Shown piece after piece: positions 62,256 through 64,000 of a stretch of DNA of 64,000 bases. The DNA is taken from contig MU053911.1 in NCBI GenBank assembly GCA_013239625.1, positions 943,590 to 1,007,589 on the forward strand, given 5' to 3'. The position numbers and the translations under genes were made by a program. The notes below the pieces were generated by a model. That model made no database searches, was not told the DNA's origin, and saw only the letters and a program-made list of their open reading frames with translations. Origin of the DNA: Lama guanicoe. Its lineage: Eukaryota. Position 1 is the stretch's first letter. Every line of letters starts with the position of its first letter.

Positions 62256-63734
62256 GCTGCCAGCAGGCCCAGACTCCAGGCGGCCAGAGCCGGTGTTCTC
62301 CAGGGAGGTGGGAGATCTTTGCAGGAACGAATGTATCTTAGCTACAGAGGACTTCCAGGTGAGAGCCGGCAACGTGAAAAGGCAGGGTCCAGCCCCGAAG
62401 CGGGAGGTCAGCTCTTCCGTCTTCAAGTGGCGACGGCCCCGAGCTGTCTGAGGCTGAGCGTTCTTGACAACTGCAGTGACCAGAGGCCAGCCCGAGCCGC
62501 CTCTCGCTGTGGCTATTCTTACCCTCTTGGGACATTCCAGGCCCCTGGCGGAGCACACATGTCCCCACCAGGAGAGCTGACCCTTCAGGCTATCATAGGA
62601 GCAGCTACATTTAACCCAACGGGGAAAAGTCCTGCCAACCAGACTTGTCCACTTCCCTATTTAAAAAGAAAACATCCCCAGAACCGCTTCACTTGTGAAA
62701 GAAATGCTAAAATGGCCATGTTTTGTCTCTTTTATGACGCATAACCCATCGTAACGGGAGCCCAGAAGAATCTGCGGTCGACCCTGAATTCCTGTACCAC
62801 TGACGCCAGCGTGTCCCAAGGTCACACAGTCATTCTGCAGGTCTTTCTGTTCTGGGCTAGTGACAAGAGCCCTCCACTCAGAGACAAAAGGACCGGGTGC
62901 AAACTGAGGGCAGCCACCTGGTCACCAGGGAGTCACTGAAGCTTCCTGAGAGCCTCGCCCTGCAGCAGGGCTGTGGGAGACAGACAGCGTGTAAAGAGCA
63001 CCTGGCACACAGTGGGTGTGCAAAACGCGAATCATTGGCTTTTCCACCCCTAACTGGCCCCCAGACACCTTCAGAGATTACGTCCTCCTGTTGCACCTTG
63101 CGGCCCCCTCGAGCTTCAGGCTGCTGCCACCACATCAGCTTAACAAATGTCAGCTAATTTGTCATAAAACACCACGGTGTGGGTCTGCCTACATCAGTCA
63201 CAGCTGCCTCGCGCTCTTCTCGGGGCCACCACCTTGCCATCTGGGAAGGGCCCGTCCTGCAAGGCTGGGGGCATCTATCCTCAGGGTGGAATTTGTGAAC
63301 TTTTAAAAGGAGTGATTTCAATTTCCCATGAAAGCCAGTCTTGATATCTTTTCTCCATTTCTGATCTATTCTTGACTCTAGTAATAACCCTAGAAAGATT
63401 CCCAGAGGAGGAACAACAAAGCCGCCTTCATCTTCATTCACACGACACATTTCCATCCCCGGAAAACATTCTGACCCCCTTGAAAGGAACGGTAGATTGG
63501 CTATATTTTAGTCAAATGCTTTGACATGAACAATGAAATCTGGAGAAACCGTAGTTTTGTTAAAATGTTGAAAGGGTCATTTCCAGGGTTCAAGTATCAA
63601 AGAAAGGAAAATATCCTCACTTCCTAACAGACCGTTCATGATATTGGCTGAAGACCTGAAATACTGGGAAAACCATGACTGAAGTTTGCTGGATGATGTA
63701 ACAGCCTAGCCTGAATGGGGATTCAAGTGGCATT

Positions 63735-63792
63735 TTGTGACCTTGAGCAAATAGCTAGAGCTTTGCATGCCTCAGTTTTCTCATCAGTGAAG
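63735..63792 (+). mobile_element. MIR fragment
   Basis: tgtgaccttgagcaa...gcctcagttttctcatc. Confidence 0.6.
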
Positions 63793-64000
63793 TTAAAAAA
63801 AAAAAAAGGCTGTGCTCTGGGACAAGCAAAGTGAGACACAGACATGAAAACAACGGCTTAAAACATAAGGAATTCCACATGTGAGTGGCTGGCGTGTCTG
63901 GGGGTGGGAATGCAGCTCCCCTGGGTTCCCGCCCTTGGCCTCCCTCGGGGATGGAGCTGGGGAGGCAGGACCTGAAAATTGCAGGACAGTCACCAAATTC

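Noticed and set aside
1..64000. CRISPR array, operon or other prokaryote-type system
   Set aside because: The sequence is mammalian, with no regularly spaced repeat-spacer array or bacterial-like gene cluster.

Overview
Mammalian genomic DNA, most likely a camelid, judged from the tRNA-Ala-like SINE and L1 3'-tail families. It holds two convergent protein-coding genes in the arrangement I recall for human 10p11.21. FZD8 (+) is intronless: CDS 41733-43592, 619 aa, inside a large CpG island, with a GC-box/CCAAT/TATA promoter and a polyA signal at 44292. GJD4 (connexin 40.1/39, -) has two coding exons, 62255-62192 and 59876-58945, giving 331 aa. The rest is non-coding: SINEs, L1/L2/MIR fragments, MaLR and ERV-type LTRs, Tigger/Kanga DNA transposons and candidate regulatory elements. 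Nearly all other ORFs in the track are spurious. I found no new multi-gene system. The best leads are: (1) two large in-frame deletions in FZD8 versus human, in the CRD-TM linker and the C-tail including SLYSDVS; (2) twin look-alike 12-codon uORFs in the FZD8 leader; (3) a possibly eroded miR-99/100 site; (4) a solo LTR in which CpG decay appears to have created a perfect compressed SOX17-OCT4 motif; (5) an orphan ETS-type promoter and first exon at about 33.4 kb; (6) co-oriented CTCF-like sites between the two genes. Comparisons with human sequences and repeat family names come from memory and need confirming by alignment. Repeat boundaries are approximate.
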